In this document: one piece after another, positions 39,490 to 49,315 of the stretch
How positions within the stretch are numbered: the first letter of the stretch is position 1
Layout of the letters: each line of letters opens with the position of its first letter
Source: an uncultured Prevotellaceae bacterium
GTDB taxonomy: Bacteria; Bacteroidota; Bacteroidia; Bacteroidales; Bacteroidaceae
Direction: 5' to 3'
DNA length: 64,000 nucleotides
NCBI GenBank assembly: GCA_902799765.1
Contig: CADCBZ010000002.1
Coordinates: 39,967-103,966, forward strand
Position numbers and translations under genes: made by a program
Notes under the pieces: generated by a model
The model's database searches: none
Told to the model about the DNA's origin: nothing
The model's input: the letters and a program-made list of their open reading frames with translations, nothing else

Positions 39490-40341
39490 TCATAGCTCGT
39501 TCGTTATAGTCTTAAAATTGTCAGTTAAGGCTTCAGAACGATTTTTCTTTTTACCTACTTGAGATATGGAGTATATACTGATGGCGGTGAGTCGAGAGAG
39601 TTGTCGTATGCTTGCTCCGAAGTCCTTGGCTGCAATCAGGATCTCACAGCGTTGTTCTTTTGGAAAATGTTGAATGTCTTTGGGTGTTCCTATGTGATAG
39701 GTGGATTTAAGGAAGGCAATCACTTCTTTATCGGGGACTGCTCCCCGATACCTTTCGATTTCGAGAACCTGAGTGTCCTTAGGTAAAGGAGTGTTGACTT
39801 GCTCAATGAGTTCGTTAAGGGGAAAAAGGGCTAATACTTGTTGAATAGAGCAGATTGCAATCATTCTATGGGAGGTGCTGATATATTCACACCAACTGCT
39901 CCAGGCATAATCCTTGACACGACGGCAAAGATTACCTGCCACTGGATTCTGATGGATATGTCTAAGGAGTGTCAGGAAATATGCTTCGTCGTTGACGGGC
40001 TCGCTTTTAAACCGATTTTGAAATAGATGTCCACAATGTTGGTATTTATTGTTGTAATAGATGGCATAGCGCAAAGCAATTTTCTTGACTATTTCTGCGA
40101 TGATTTCACCTTCTTCCTTGATGAGCAGGTGCACGTGGTCGGGCATCAGACAATAGGAAAATAAGACACATCGCGGTGGTAGTGGCTGCTTAAACTCGTC
40201 TTTTAGTGATACCATATCGCGTAAGATGAGGATGAATTTCCTATAATCATTTCCATGTTCGAAGATTTGCTGATAGTTGACGCCTCTGAGCATAACGTGA
40301 TAGATGCCCGTCTGACTACGACCTCTTGCTTTTCTTGCCAT
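39490..40341 (-). CDS. RayT/IS200-like HUH (Y1 transposase fold) protein with a C-terminal DnaA-domain-IV-like HTH; predicted catalytic Tyr replaced by His
   Basis: 283 aa with an N-terminal GIYHVMLRGVN and the HUH motif PDHVHLLI. The expected (R)YIHxNPV block reads LLRHIHQNPV, with His at codon 39958-39960. The C-terminal SIRQLSRLTAISIYSISQV looks like an HTH. Confidence 0.8.
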   Translation of the reverse strand: MARKARGRSQTGIYHVMLRGVNYQQIFEHGNDYRKFILILRDMVSLKDEFKQPLPPRCVLFSYCLMPDHVHLLIKEEGEIIAEIVKKIALRYAIYYNNKYQHCGHLFQNRFKSEPVNDEAYFLTLLRHIHQNPVAGNLCRRVKDYAWSSWCEYISTSHRMIAICSIQQVLALFPLNELIEQVNTPLPKDTQVLEIERYRGAVPDKEVIAFLKSTYHIGTPKDIQHFPKEQRCEILIAAKDFGASIRQLSRLTAISIYSISQVGKKKNRSEALTDNFKTITNEL

Positions 40342-40376
40342 TTTCTATGAGTTTTTATATACATTAAAATTTGCTG

Positions 40377-40384
40377 CAAAGGTA
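40377..40384 (-). promoter_or_regulatory. -7 promoter box TACCTTTG for the RayT-like gene
   Basis: Minus-strand TACCTTTG lies about 36 nt upstream of the ATG at 40339-40341. Confidence 0.45.
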
Positions 40385-40606
40385 TGGCGATTTTTTGTTT
40401 TTGCAAAGAAAAATTCTAATTAAATTTTTGACCATCGTCTGCCCCTGATGGCAAATGCCTATTTATCAAACAGTTAGATCCTGGATTTTTTTTCAAGAAA
40501 AAAACGAGGTGTGTCCCCTGTGTTGAAAAAATCTATAAGCTTGGGCCTGAGCATAGCGGGAGAGATAAAAAAGTAGAGAAATGTTTGGTGGTTTGCGCGA
40601 TTTGAT

Positions 40607-40614
40607 GTACCTTT
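40607..40614 (+). promoter_or_regulatory. -7 promoter box TACCTTTG for the 40660 ORF and the wecA-like gene
   Basis: TACCTTTG lies about 46 nt upstream of the ATG at 40660. Confidence 0.45.
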
Positions 40615-40659
40615 GCAGCCAAATTGAATAAAAATATATAATTTGGTATATATATCTTA

Positions 40660-41007
40660 ATGATTGACAAGGAAATCATAACAAAGAACGAGGCGGAGAA
40701 TGATGGGCAGACCATCCATATTTATTATGATGATATTGCTGGTTTGTACATGGCCTTTGGTTTATCTGCCTATTATACGACGATGGTTACAGACCCGTAT
40801 ATGTCTTATTCGGAGGCTTTCCAGATGCCTGTTGCATTATTGCGTCGTGAACATGTGTTGTACCTTCGACAGGGGTTGACGATCGCTGAGCATAGTGATC
40901 GTTCGTATTACCGTTTTACGATGCGTGAGAAAGTGGGAGAGGCTGGTTATGAGCGTTGGGCCTCTGGTATTCTGACACGTCATGGTCAACTTGCAAAATA
41001 TACCTGA
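40660..41007 (+). CDS. Small hypothetical protein
   Basis: 115-aa ORF with its own promoter box, 6 nt upstream of the wecA-like gene. I recognise no family. Confidence 0.5.
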   Translation: MIDKEIITKNEAENDGQTIHIYYDDIAGLYMAFGLSAYYTTMVTDPYMSYSEAFQMPVALLRREHVLYLRQGLTIAEHSDRSYYRFTMREKVGEAGYERWASGILTRHGQLAKYT

Positions 41008-41013
41008 TATCGT

Positions 41014-42240
41014 ATGGATTTGTCACTCGTTGCCACTATAGTTACCATCGTCGCAATACTCACCTCTGCATTGGTGTTCCCCTTTGCCTTGAAGTATGCA
41101 CGGACGCACAATATCGTCGACCAGCCAAATGCACGAAAGTTGCAGCGTAGTCCTGTGCCAGTCTTCGGTGGCGTGGTTGTGTTCTCGGGAATCTTGGCGG
41201 GCGGCATTGTGCTTCAGTTCTTTTTCTGGAGTCCGATGCTGGCGTGGATTCTTGTTTCCATCATGGTGATGATGGTCATTGGTACCTGGGATGACATCAA
41301 AGGCCTGTCAGCGGTCTTCCGATTACTGATAGAAGTTTTGTTGGTGGGCGGTTTTATTGCCGTGACAGGTGTCTATATCGATAATTTCCATGGCTTGTGG
41401 GGAATATACCAGGTGGATCCATGGTGGGCTATTCCGTTCTCCATTTTTGCTGGTGTGGGTACCATCAATGCGATTAATATGATTGATGGTGTGGATGGCT
41501 ACTCATCAGGCTATGCGATGATCGCCTGTTTTTGTTTTGCCATTGCGTTCCATACAACCTGGACACCAGTCATGGTCTGTCTGACCATGATTGCTGGTGG
41601 TGCTTTGTTGCCGTTCTTCATGCATAATGTCTTCGGTACGCGCTCGCGTATGTTTATCGGTGATGGTGGTACCTTGATGTTGGGTATGCTTCTGACGGTA
41701 CTCGCTTTCTGTGCTTTGTCAAGTAAGGTTGGACTTGATCCTTTGGAGGAAAAGGGCTTGTGTCTTCCAGCTTTTGCTTTGGCCATAGGTTGTATCCCTC
41801 TTTTCGATGCACTTCGCGTGATGTTTACGCGAATGATCCATGGTAAATCACCAATGAAGGCCGATAAGTCACATTTGCATCATTTGTTTATCGATATGGG
41901 CTTCTCTCATTTAGGTGCAGCGATGTTTATCATCCAAATGAATATCCTCGTCCTGCTTGTCTGGCTGTTATCGTGGTATTTAGGTGCTTCACTTGATCTA
42001 CAGCTATATATTGTGATAGCAATGGCTTTAGCTGTGACATTGGGTGTGTATAGTCTGATGCGTGCTCAACAGAATGGTGGCCCTGTGGATGAGGAGGGGT
42101 ATCCTCTGGGTACTCAGTTGTGGCATCTTCTTTGCCGTCTGGGAAAGTGGACTCATAAGGAGGATAAGCGTGTTTGGCGTATCGTACGATATTTCATGGA
42201 TTTCCCGTTGTTAGGGCATCGCTATAAAGTGAAAAACTAA
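41014..42240 (+). CDS. Undecaprenyl-phosphate HexNAc-1-phosphate transferase (WecA/MraY family, initiating transferase)
   Basis: 408 aa, polytopic, with the motifs NIVDQPNARKLQRSPVPVFGG, DDIKGL and NMIDGVDG. Confidence 0.87.
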   Translation: MDLSLVATIVTIVAILTSALVFPFALKYARTHNIVDQPNARKLQRSPVPVFGGVVVFSGILAGGIVLQFFFWSPMLAWILVSIMVMMVIGTWDDIKGLSAVFRLLIEVLLVGGFIAVTGVYIDNFHGLWGIYQVDPWWAIPFSIFAGVGTINAINMIDGVDGYSSGYAMIACFCFAIAFHTTWTPVMVCLTMIAGGALLPFFMHNVFGTRSRMFIGDGGTLMLGMLLTVLAFCALSSKVGLDPLEEKGLCLPAFALAIGCIPLFDALRVMFTRMIHGKSPMKADKSHLHHLFIDMGFSHLGAAMFIIQMNILVLLVWLLSWYLGASLDLQLYIVIAMALAVTLGVYSLMRAQQNGGPVDEEGYPLGTQLWHLLCRLGKWTHKEDKRVWRIVRYFMDFPLLGHRYKVKN

Positions 42241-42253
42241 GAAAGTAATAAAT

Positions 42254-42283
42254 AAAAATTCCCGCCAATCGGCGGGAATTTTT
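42254..42283. terminator. Bidirectional rho-independent terminator
   Basis: aaaaattcccgcc / ggcgggaattttt with loop aatc, between the convergent wecA-like gene and nagB. Confidence 0.8.
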
Positions 42284-42286
42284 ATT

Positions 42287-43081
42287 TTATAGGATCTCAT
42301 CCTGTTCAATGTCCTTGAAGTATTTGTAGGTACTGACTTTCAGTTCGTCGGCAGCCTCTTCGTCACAGACGATGATACCATGCTGGTGCGTCTGGAGTGC
42401 AGAGATGGTCCACATGTGGTTGATGGAACCCTCGATGGCAGCCTGCAGGGCACGTGCCTTAGCATGTCCGTTGGCAAGAATCATCACCTCACGGGCATCC
42501 ATCACCGTACCAACACCTACTGTCAAAGCGTGGGCAGGCACATTTTCAGGTTTGCCACCAAAGAAACGGCTGTTAGCAATGCGTGTATCAGTGGTGAGCG
42601 TCTTCATGCGGGTTCTTGAAGCCAGTGAAGAACCGGGCTCATTGAAGGCAATATGACCGTCAGGGCCGATACCTCCGATAAAGAGGTCGATACCGCCAGC
42701 CTCCTGGATCATCTCCTCATAATGCTTGCACTCAGCCACGAGGTCAGGGGCGTTACCATTCAGAATGTGGATGTTCTCCTTCGGACAGTCGATATGATCG
42801 AAGAGGTTACGGGCCATGAAAGCATGATAGCTCTCGGGATGAGCCTCAGGCAGACCGACATATTCGTCCATGTTGAAGGTGATTACATTCTTGAAAGATA
42901 CCTTACCGGCACGATTGGCCTCGACGAGGGCGTTGTACATGCCCACAGGAGAAGAACCTGTTGGAAGACCTAACACGAACTTGTGATCCGGCGTCGGATT
43001 AAACTTGTTGATACGCTCAATAACGTGGTTTGCTGCCCACTGTGACATTTTCTGATAGTCACTCTGAATAATTACTCTCAT
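42287..43081 (-). CDS. nagB: Glucosamine-6-phosphate deaminase
   Basis: 264 aa from the internal Met ([20 protein letters not shown]...). Motifs are [15 protein letters not shown] and [25 protein letters not shown] -7 box at 43115-43122 (minus strand) lies inside the extension shown in the ORF track. Confidence 0.93.
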   Translation of the reverse strand: MRVIIQSDYQKMSQWAANHVIERINKFNPTPDHKFVLGLPTGSSPVGMYNALVEANRAGKVSFKNVITFNMDEYVGLPEAHPESYHAFMARNLFDHIDCPKENIHILNGNAPDLVAECKHYEEMIQEAGGIDLFIGGIGPDGHIAFNEPGSSLASRTRMKTLTTDTRIANSRFFGGKPENVPAHALTVGVGTVMDAREVMILANGHAKARALQAAIEGSINHMWTISALQTHQHGIIVCDEEAADELKVSTYKYFKDIEQDEIL

Positions 43082-43142
43082 AATTTTACGTTTTAGTTGG
43101 TTCTGTTTTTGCTGCAAAAATACAACGAAATATTCTTTTTAG

Positions 43143-43172
43143 ACACAGATTAACACGGATTAACACGGATTT
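43143..43172. repeat. Three tandem 10-bp repeats in the nagB/hflX divergent region (candidate operator)
   Basis: The three contiguous units are acacagatta, acacggatta and acacggattt. They lie 62-91 nt upstream of the nagB start. Confidence 0.4.
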
Positions 43173-43213
43173 TTTAATAACTGCCTAAAATTTCCGTATC
43201 TTTGCAAACAAAT

Positions 43214-44536
43214 ATGAAGGAATTTGTAATATCAGAGGCTAAGGCTGAGACAGCGGTGCTGGTGGGACTCATCACCAAGGAACAGGACGAAGCCAAGACT
43301 AAAGAATATCTCGATGAACTGGAGTTCCTAGCTGATACAGCAGGGGCTGTGACGGTGAAGCGGTTTACCCAAAAGGTGGGTGGCCCGAGCCAGACAACCT
43401 ATGTGGGCAGCGGTAAACTCCAGGAAATCAAGGCGTATATCAAGCAATGCCAAGATGCTTATGACGACTGGGTGGATGCTCAGGATGCATCGCTGTGGGC
43501 AGAGGGATTATTGGATGAGACCAACGCTCCACAGCCAGTGGGTATGGTGATTTTCGATGATGAACTCAGTGCCAAGCAGATGCGGAATATCGAGCAGGAA
43601 CTGCAGGTGAAGATTCTTGACCGCACCTCGTTGATACTCGATATTTTTGCCATGCGTGCACAAACGGCCGAGGCCAAGGCTCAGGTGGAACTGGCACAGC
43701 ATCGTTATATGCTGCCCCGCTTGCAGCGTCTGTGGACCCACTTGGAACGCCAGGGCGGTGGTTCTGGATCTGGTGGTGGAAAGGGTAGCGTTGGCCTTCG
43801 TGGACCTGGTGAAACACAGTTGGAGATGGACCGTCGTATCATCCTGCAGCGCATCACCTTGCTGAAACAGCGTCTGGCAGAGATAGACAAACAGAAGACT
43901 ACCCAGCGTAAGAACAGAGGTCGCTTGATCCGTGTGGCTCTCGTGGGATATACCAACGTGGGAAAGAGTACGATGATGAACCTCCTGGCTAAGAGTGAGG
44001 TGTTTGCCGAGAATAAACTCTTCGCTACGCTTGACACGACTGTTCGTAAGATGACCATCGACAACCTGCCTTTCCTCTTGGCAGATACGGTTGGTTTTAT
44101 CCGCAAGTTGCCTTCTGATCTCGTGGAGAGTTTTAAATCGACTTTGGATGAGGTGCGTGAAGCCGATCTGCTGGTACATGTGGTGGATATCTCGCACCCC
44201 GACTTTGAGGAACAGATCCGTGTGGTTGAGGAGACCTTGAAAGAATTAGGTTGCTCTGACAAACCTGCTATGCTGGTGTTTAATAAGATTGATGCCTATA
44301 CGTGGGTGGAGAAAGAGGAGGATGACCTGACACCTTTGACAAAGGAGAATTATACGCTCGATGACTTGAAGAAGACGTGGATGGCCCGTTCTTCCAATTA
44401 TTTAGAGTGTCTTTTCATCTCTGCGAAGCAGAAAGAGAATATTGACGAGCTACGTGACATCTTATATAAGCGTGTGCGTGAGCTCCATGTACAGAAATAT
44501 CCGTATAACGATTTTTTATATCAAGATTATGAGTAA
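43214..44536 (+). CDS. hflX: GTPase HflX
   Basis: 440 aa from the ATG at 43214. It has a Gly-rich block (RQGGGSGSGGGKGSVGLRGPGETQLE), the G1 motif GYTNVGKST, DTVGF and NKID. Confidence 0.93.
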   Translation: MKEFVISEAKAETAVLVGLITKEQDEAKTKEYLDELEFLADTAGAVTVKRFTQKVGGPSQTTYVGSGKLQEIKAYIKQCQDAYDDWVDAQDASLWAEGLLDETNAPQPVGMVIFDDELSAKQMRNIEQELQVKILDRTSLILDIFAMRAQTAEAKAQVELAQHRYMLPRLQRLWTHLERQGGGSGSGGGKGSVGLRGPGETQLEMDRRIILQRITLLKQRLAEIDKQKTTQRKNRGRLIRVALVGYTNVGKSTMMNLLAKSEVFAENKLFATLDTTVRKMTIDNLPFLLADTVGFIRKLPSDLVESFKSTLDEVREADLLVHVVDISHPDFEEQIRVVEETLKELGCSDKPAMLVFNKIDAYTWVEKEEDDLTPLTKENYTLDDLKKTWMARSSNYLECLFISAKQKENIDELRDILYKRVRELHVQKYPYNDFLYQDYE

Positions 44537-46382
44537 CTACAGAAATTTAACACAAACAGAAATTGAGGTTTTGGAGAATAATGTCTGTTGGGCAGAAGAC
44601 TGGCAGCGTGTGATGGTGGCAGAAGGGTTCCGTCCCTATAATTTCCACCGTGTGGTTTTTTATGGCGACATCCGTCTCGGTTCTTTTGAGAAGATGGTTG
44701 AGGTATCAAAGGGCTTTGTGAAGCACTCGGGTATCAATGATGCCACGTTACGCAATGTGACGGTAGGTGATGACTGTCTCATAGAGAAGGTGGGTAACTA
44801 TATCAACAACTATACCATCGGCAACGACTGTTATATCTCGAACATCTGTACACTCGAGACCACAGATGATGCCACCTATGGTGAGGGTAGTGTGATCTCC
44901 GTACTCAACGAGATGGGTGATGGTAATGTGACCATTTTCCGTGAGTTGAACAGTCAGTTGGCAGCATTCATGGTAAAACACGATCGTGACAAGGTGTTGA
45001 AGAAAACCCTCCAGCAGATGATTGAGGATGAGCTTCGTGTATCGCGCCCAGAGCGTGGTTATATCGGTAACAATGTAAAAATCATCAATGCCAAGGATAT
45101 CACCAACACGATCATCAAGGGTGACTGTGAAATCAGCGGTGCAGCCCGCCTGAGTGAGTGTACCGTGATGAGTTCGATGGATGCGCCTGTGTTTATCGGT
45201 ACAGGTGTCATCTGCGAGAACTCGATCATTTGTGACGGTTGTTCGATCAATAACTCGGTGAAGATGCAGGACTGCTTCGTGGGTGAAGCCTGTCAGATCA
45301 CAAATGGTTTTACGGCTGAGGCGAGCCTGTTCTTTGCCAACTCGTTCATGGCCAATGGTGAAGCTTGTGCTGCTTTCTGTGGCCCTTTCTGTGCTTCACA
45401 TCACAAGAGCTCGCTGTTGATTGGTGGTGAGTTCTCGTTCTATAACGCCGGTTCTAACACCAACTTCTCCAATCATGCCTATAAAATGGGTCCCTTGCAC
45501 TATGGTACATTGGAGCGTGGTACGAAGACCGCCTCTGGCGCTTATATCCTGATGCCTGCCACGATTGGTGCGTTCAGTGTCTGCTTCGGTAAATTGATGC
45601 ACCATCCTGACACCCGTAACCTGCCGTTCTCTTATCTCGTGGCCTATGGTGATGACTGTTATCTGGTACCAGGCAGAAACATCACCACGGTGGGTCTCTA
45701 TCGTGATATCAAGAAGTGGCCGAAGCGTGACAAACGTTCGAAACAGTCGCGGAAGAGTATCATCAACTTCGACTGGCTCTCACCTTTTACAGTAGGTGAG
45801 ATTATGGAAGGAATCAAGGTGTTGAAGGCTCTGCGTGAGGCTTCGGGTGATAATGTGTCCAGCTACAATTTCCATGAGTATGTGATCAATGCCTCTTCTC
45901 TGCGCAAAGGTTTGAAGTATTATGATATTGCCCTCCGAATCTATATGGGTGCTGTGTTGAAACGCGCCCAGAAGGAAGGTTTCTTCGGACGTCCGAAGAG
46001 TATCGTAGGTAAGGGCCGGTGGACGGATCTCAGTGGTTTGCTCTTGCCTGAGAGTGAAGAGATGCGCCTCGTCCGTGATATAAACAATGGTGATATTGAT
46101 AACATCCAGCAACTGCTCGACCGCTTCTCTGAGATCAATGATAACTATAGTGATTACCGTTGGTCGTGGTCTTATCAGATGATTCTCGATTACTATGGGC
46201 TCGAGGAGATCACAGAGGAGGATGTGGTCCATATTCATGAGGACTATATCAAGGCCCGTCGTACTTGGATTGCTGAGATCCGCAAGGATGCTGAGAAGGA
46301 GTACTCCATGGGTGATGTGGAGAAGGAGGTCTATGAGGATTTCCTTGAGAAGCTCGATCATGAGATAGACTTCGAGAATTAA
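44529..46382 (+). CDS. Conserved hypothetical protein, DUF4954-like (beta-helix-like repeats)
   Basis: 617 aa from the internal Met (MSNYRNLTQTEIEVLENN...). It overlaps the hflX stop by 8 nt. The family name is from memory. Confidence 0.65.
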   Translation: MSNYRNLTQTEIEVLENNVCWAEDWQRVMVAEGFRPYNFHRVVFYGDIRLGSFEKMVEVSKGFVKHSGINDATLRNVTVGDDCLIEKVGNYINNYTIGNDCYISNICTLETTDDATYGEGSVISVLNEMGDGNVTIFRELNSQLAAFMVKHDRDKVLKKTLQQMIEDELRVSRPERGYIGNNVKIINAKDITNTIIKGDCEISGAARLSECTVMSSMDAPVFIGTGVICENSIICDGCSINNSVKMQDCFVGEACQITNGFTAEASLFFANSFMANGEACAAFCGPFCASHHKSSLLIGGEFSFYNAGSNTNFSNHAYKMGPLHYGTLERGTKTASGAYILMPATIGAFSVCFGKLMHHPDTRNLPFSYLVAYGDDCYLVPGRNITTVGLYRDIKKWPKRDKRSKQSRKSIINFDWLSPFTVGEIMEGIKVLKALREASGDNVSSYNFHEYVINASSLRKGLKYYDIALRIYMGAVLKRAQKEGFFGRPKSIVGKGRWTDLSGLLLPESEEMRLVRDINNGDIDNIQQLLDRFSEINDNYSDYRWSWSYQMILDYYGLEEITEEDVVHIHEDYIKARRTWIAEIRKDAEKEYSMGDVEKEVYEDFLEKLDHEIDFEN

Positions 46383-46414
46383 GTATTAGAGATAAGATTT
46401 AAGAATATAGAATA

Positions 46415-49315
46415 ATGAAATTGAAGTTCCTGATAGTGGCAGCTTGCGTGATGTTGAGCATTGGGGCGCAGGCGAAGAAGTATGAGTACCAGTGCGTAGA
46501 GGGCGATTTGACTAAAACCCGTATTTATACGTTGGACAACGGACTGAAGGTGTATCTCTCCGTCAATAGTGAGAAGCCGCGTATTCAGACGTATATCGCT
46601 GTGCGGACAGGTTCGAAGAATGACCCTGCCGAGACCACAGGTCTGGCCCATTATCTGGAACATCTGATGTTCAAGGGTACTACCCACTTCGGTACGACCA
46701 ATGCAGAGGCCGAGGCCCCCTTGTTGAAGGACATTAAAGACCGTTATGAGCGTTATCGTCTTTTGACAGATCCTGCCCAGCGTATACAAGCCTATCACGA
46801 GATCGACTCCGTGAGTCAGGTGGCTGCCCAGTACTTTATCCCCAATGAGTATGACAAACTCATGGCGGCGATCGGTGCAGAGGGTACGAACGCCTTTACC
46901 TCGAACGATGTAACCTGCTATACCGAGGATATCCCCTCAAACGAGATCGAGAACTGGGCGAAGATTCAGAGTGATCGCTTCCAGCATATGGTCATCCGTG
47001 GTTTCCATACTGAGTTGGAGGCAGTATATGAGGAGTATAACATCTATCTGACGAATGATAACGATAAGGTGTGGAGTGCCTTAGGTAAGAAACTGATGCC
47101 GACTCATCCTTATGGTACCCAGACTACCATCGGAACACAGGAACACTTGAAGAACCCTTCGATTGTGAATATCGAGAATTACTTCAAGAAGTGGTATGTG
47201 CCTAATAATGTGGCCATCTGTATGGCTGGTGACTTTGATCCAGACAAGATCATCGCGATCATCGACCAGTACTTTGGCGGTTGGAAACCTGGTGCAGACG
47301 TGGCACAGCCCGTGTTCCCTGTACAGAAGCCTCTCACGGCTCCAACAGACACAACAATCATTGGTCAGCAGGCTGAGCAGGTGTGGATGGGATGGTTATC
47401 AAAGAAGGCCGCTGATCTGCAGACTGACACCCTTGATGTGATTGCCTCTATGCTGAACAACGGTAAGGCTGGTCTCTTCGACCTGAATCTGAACCAGGCG
47501 ATGCGTGTGCAGGGCGCTGGCTGTATAAATCAGTCGCTTCAGGACTATTCGTCTTTCGTCATGATGGGTATGCCCAAACCTAACCAGAGTCTGGAGGAGG
47601 TACGTACGCTGATATTAGGAGAGATCGAGAACCTGAAGAAGGGCAATTTCTCCGATGATCTGTTGCCGGCGGTGATCAACAACCTGAAACTCGATTACCA
47701 GCGTGCGTTGGAGAGCAATCGTTGGCGTGTGAATGAGCATCTTGATGCTTTTATCAATGGTGAGAGTTGGGCACAGCAAGTCGGTAGTATCGATCGTATG
47801 TCGAAGTTCACAAAGCAGGATATTGTGGATTTCGCCAATCGTTTCTTCACCGATGGCTATGCTACCATCTTTAAGCGTCAGGGTGTGGATACCCTGCAGA
47901 AGAAGATCGACAAACCTGCCATCACCCCGATTCCTACGAATCGTGACTATGTGAGTCAGTTTGTGAAAGATATCCAACTCAGTCAGGTGGAGCCGATTCT
48001 TCCGGAGTTTGTGGACTTTAAGAAGGCTCTAACCATCTCAGAGATAAAAGGTTTACCATTACTCTATGTGAAGAATACCACTGATGGCCTGTTTAACCTC
48101 ACTTTCCGTTATGAGTTCGGTCATGAGGACGACAACCGCTATGACATGGTGAGCGACTATCTGGATGTGGTGGGTACTAAGAAACTCACGGCGACACAGG
48201 TGAAGCAGCAATTCTATAATCTCGCCTGTAGCTACAGTGTGAATGTGAATGCTGACAATCTGAATATCTCGCTCTCAGGTTTGAGTGAGAACATGCCGGC
48301 AGCCCTTGAGTTGTTGGAGGATCTCCTGCAGAATGCCCAGGGTGATTCCGATTCTTACAACAGTTTCGTGGATGTGATCCTGAAAGCCCGTGAGAACCGC
48401 AAACAGGACCAACGTACTTGTTTTGACTATTTGTATCACTACGCCCTCTATGGCCCGCATAACCTGCGTCGTGATGATATGACTGAACAGCAGTTGCGCG
48501 AGACCAATCCCCAGGATCTGCTAAACCTGTTGAAGGAGCTCCGTTGTATGACCCATAGCGTACTCTATTACGGTCCTATGAGTACTGAGGAGCTCTCCAC
48601 CCTGTTGACCAAGACACATCCCACACCAGAGGTGCTGAAACCCGTACCTGCAGGTCAGCCTTACACCCGTGAACTGACCCCGAAGAATGAGGTGTGGATC
48701 GCCCCTTATGATGCGAAGAACATCTATATGCGCATGTACCATAATGAGAACCGCGCGTGGAACCCTGATGAGAATGCGGTGCAGACATTGTTCAACGAGT
48801 ATTATGGTTCAGGCATGAATGGTATCGTGTTCCAGGAGATGCGTGAGGCTCGCGGTCTGGCGTATAATGCAGGTGCTGTTTATTTCCGTCCAGACCGTCA
48901 GGGTGAGAAGGAGTTCTTCTTCACGCATATCATCTCGCAGAACGATAAGATGATGGACTGCATCAACCAGTTCAACCAGATCTTAGACACCATTCCGCAG
49001 AGTGAGGCTGCCTTTAAGATTGCGAAGGAGAGTGTGCTGAAGCTAATGGCCACCAGTCGTGTCCGTAAGGGTGGTATCATCAGTCGCTATCTCATGACGA
49101 AACGTTTGGGACTGGAGAACGATCTTGCTGAGGCGACCTATCAGGCCATCCAGAAGCTACAGCTGAAGGATATTGTGGCCTTCGAGCAGGCTAACATGTC
49201 GCACAAGCCCTTCCGTTACATCATCCTCGGCGATGAGAAGGAACTCGACATGCCTGCCCTTGAGAAGATTGGCCCGATCAAGCGCCTGACCCTTGAAGAA
49301 GTGTTCGGATATTGA
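46415..49315 (+). CDS. M16 (pitrilysin/insulinase) family zinc peptidase
   Basis: 966 aa with a signal peptide and the inverted zinc motif HYLEHLMFKGT (HxxEH). Confidence 0.88.
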   Translation: MKLKFLIVAACVMLSIGAQAKKYEYQCVEGDLTKTRIYTLDNGLKVYLSVNSEKPRIQTYIAVRTGSKNDPAETTGLAHYLEHLMFKGTTHFGTTNAEAEAPLLKDIKDRYERYRLLTDPAQRIQAYHEIDSVSQVAAQYFIPNEYDKLMAAIGAEGTNAFTSNDVTCYTEDIPSNEIENWAKIQSDRFQHMVIRGFHTELEAVYEEYNIYLTNDNDKVWSALGKKLMPTHPYGTQTTIGTQEHLKNPSIVNIENYFKKWYVPNNVAICMAGDFDPDKIIAIIDQYFGGWKPGADVAQPVFPVQKPLTAPTDTTIIGQQAEQVWMGWLSKKAADLQTDTLDVIASMLNNGKAGLFDLNLNQAMRVQGAGCINQSLQDYSSFVMMGMPKPNQSLEEVRTLILGEIENLKKGNFSDDLLPAVINNLKLDYQRALESNRWRVNEHLDAFINGESWAQQVGSIDRMSKFTKQDIVDFANRFFTDGYATIFKRQGVDTLQKKIDKPAITPIPTNRDYVSQFVKDIQLSQVEPILPEFVDFKKALTISEIKGLPLLYVKNTTDGLFNLTFRYEFGHEDDNRYDMVSDYLDVVGTKKLTATQVKQQFYNLACSYSVNVNADNLNISLSGLSENMPAALELLEDLLQNAQGDSDSYNSFVDVILKARENRKQDQRTCFDYLYHYALYGPHNLRRDDMTEQQLRETNPQDLLNLLKELRCMTHSVLYYGPMSTEELSTLLTKTHPTPEVLKPVPAGQPYTRELTPKNEVWIAPYDAKNIYMRMYHNENRAWNPDENAVQTLFNEYYGSGMNGIVFQEMREARGLAYNAGAVYFRPDRQGEKEFFFTHIISQNDKMMDCINQFNQILDTIPQSEAAFKIAKESVLKLMATSRVRKGGIISRYLMTKRLGLENDLAEATYQAIQKLQLKDIVAFEQANMSHKPFRYIILGDEKELDMPALEKIGPIKRLTLEEVFGY

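Noticed and set aside
43197-43204. TATCTTTG box 10 nt upstream of the hflX ATG as its promoter
   Set aside because: The spacing would leave essentially no 5' UTR. It may be fortuitous or imply a leaderless transcript, so I did not list it as a feature.
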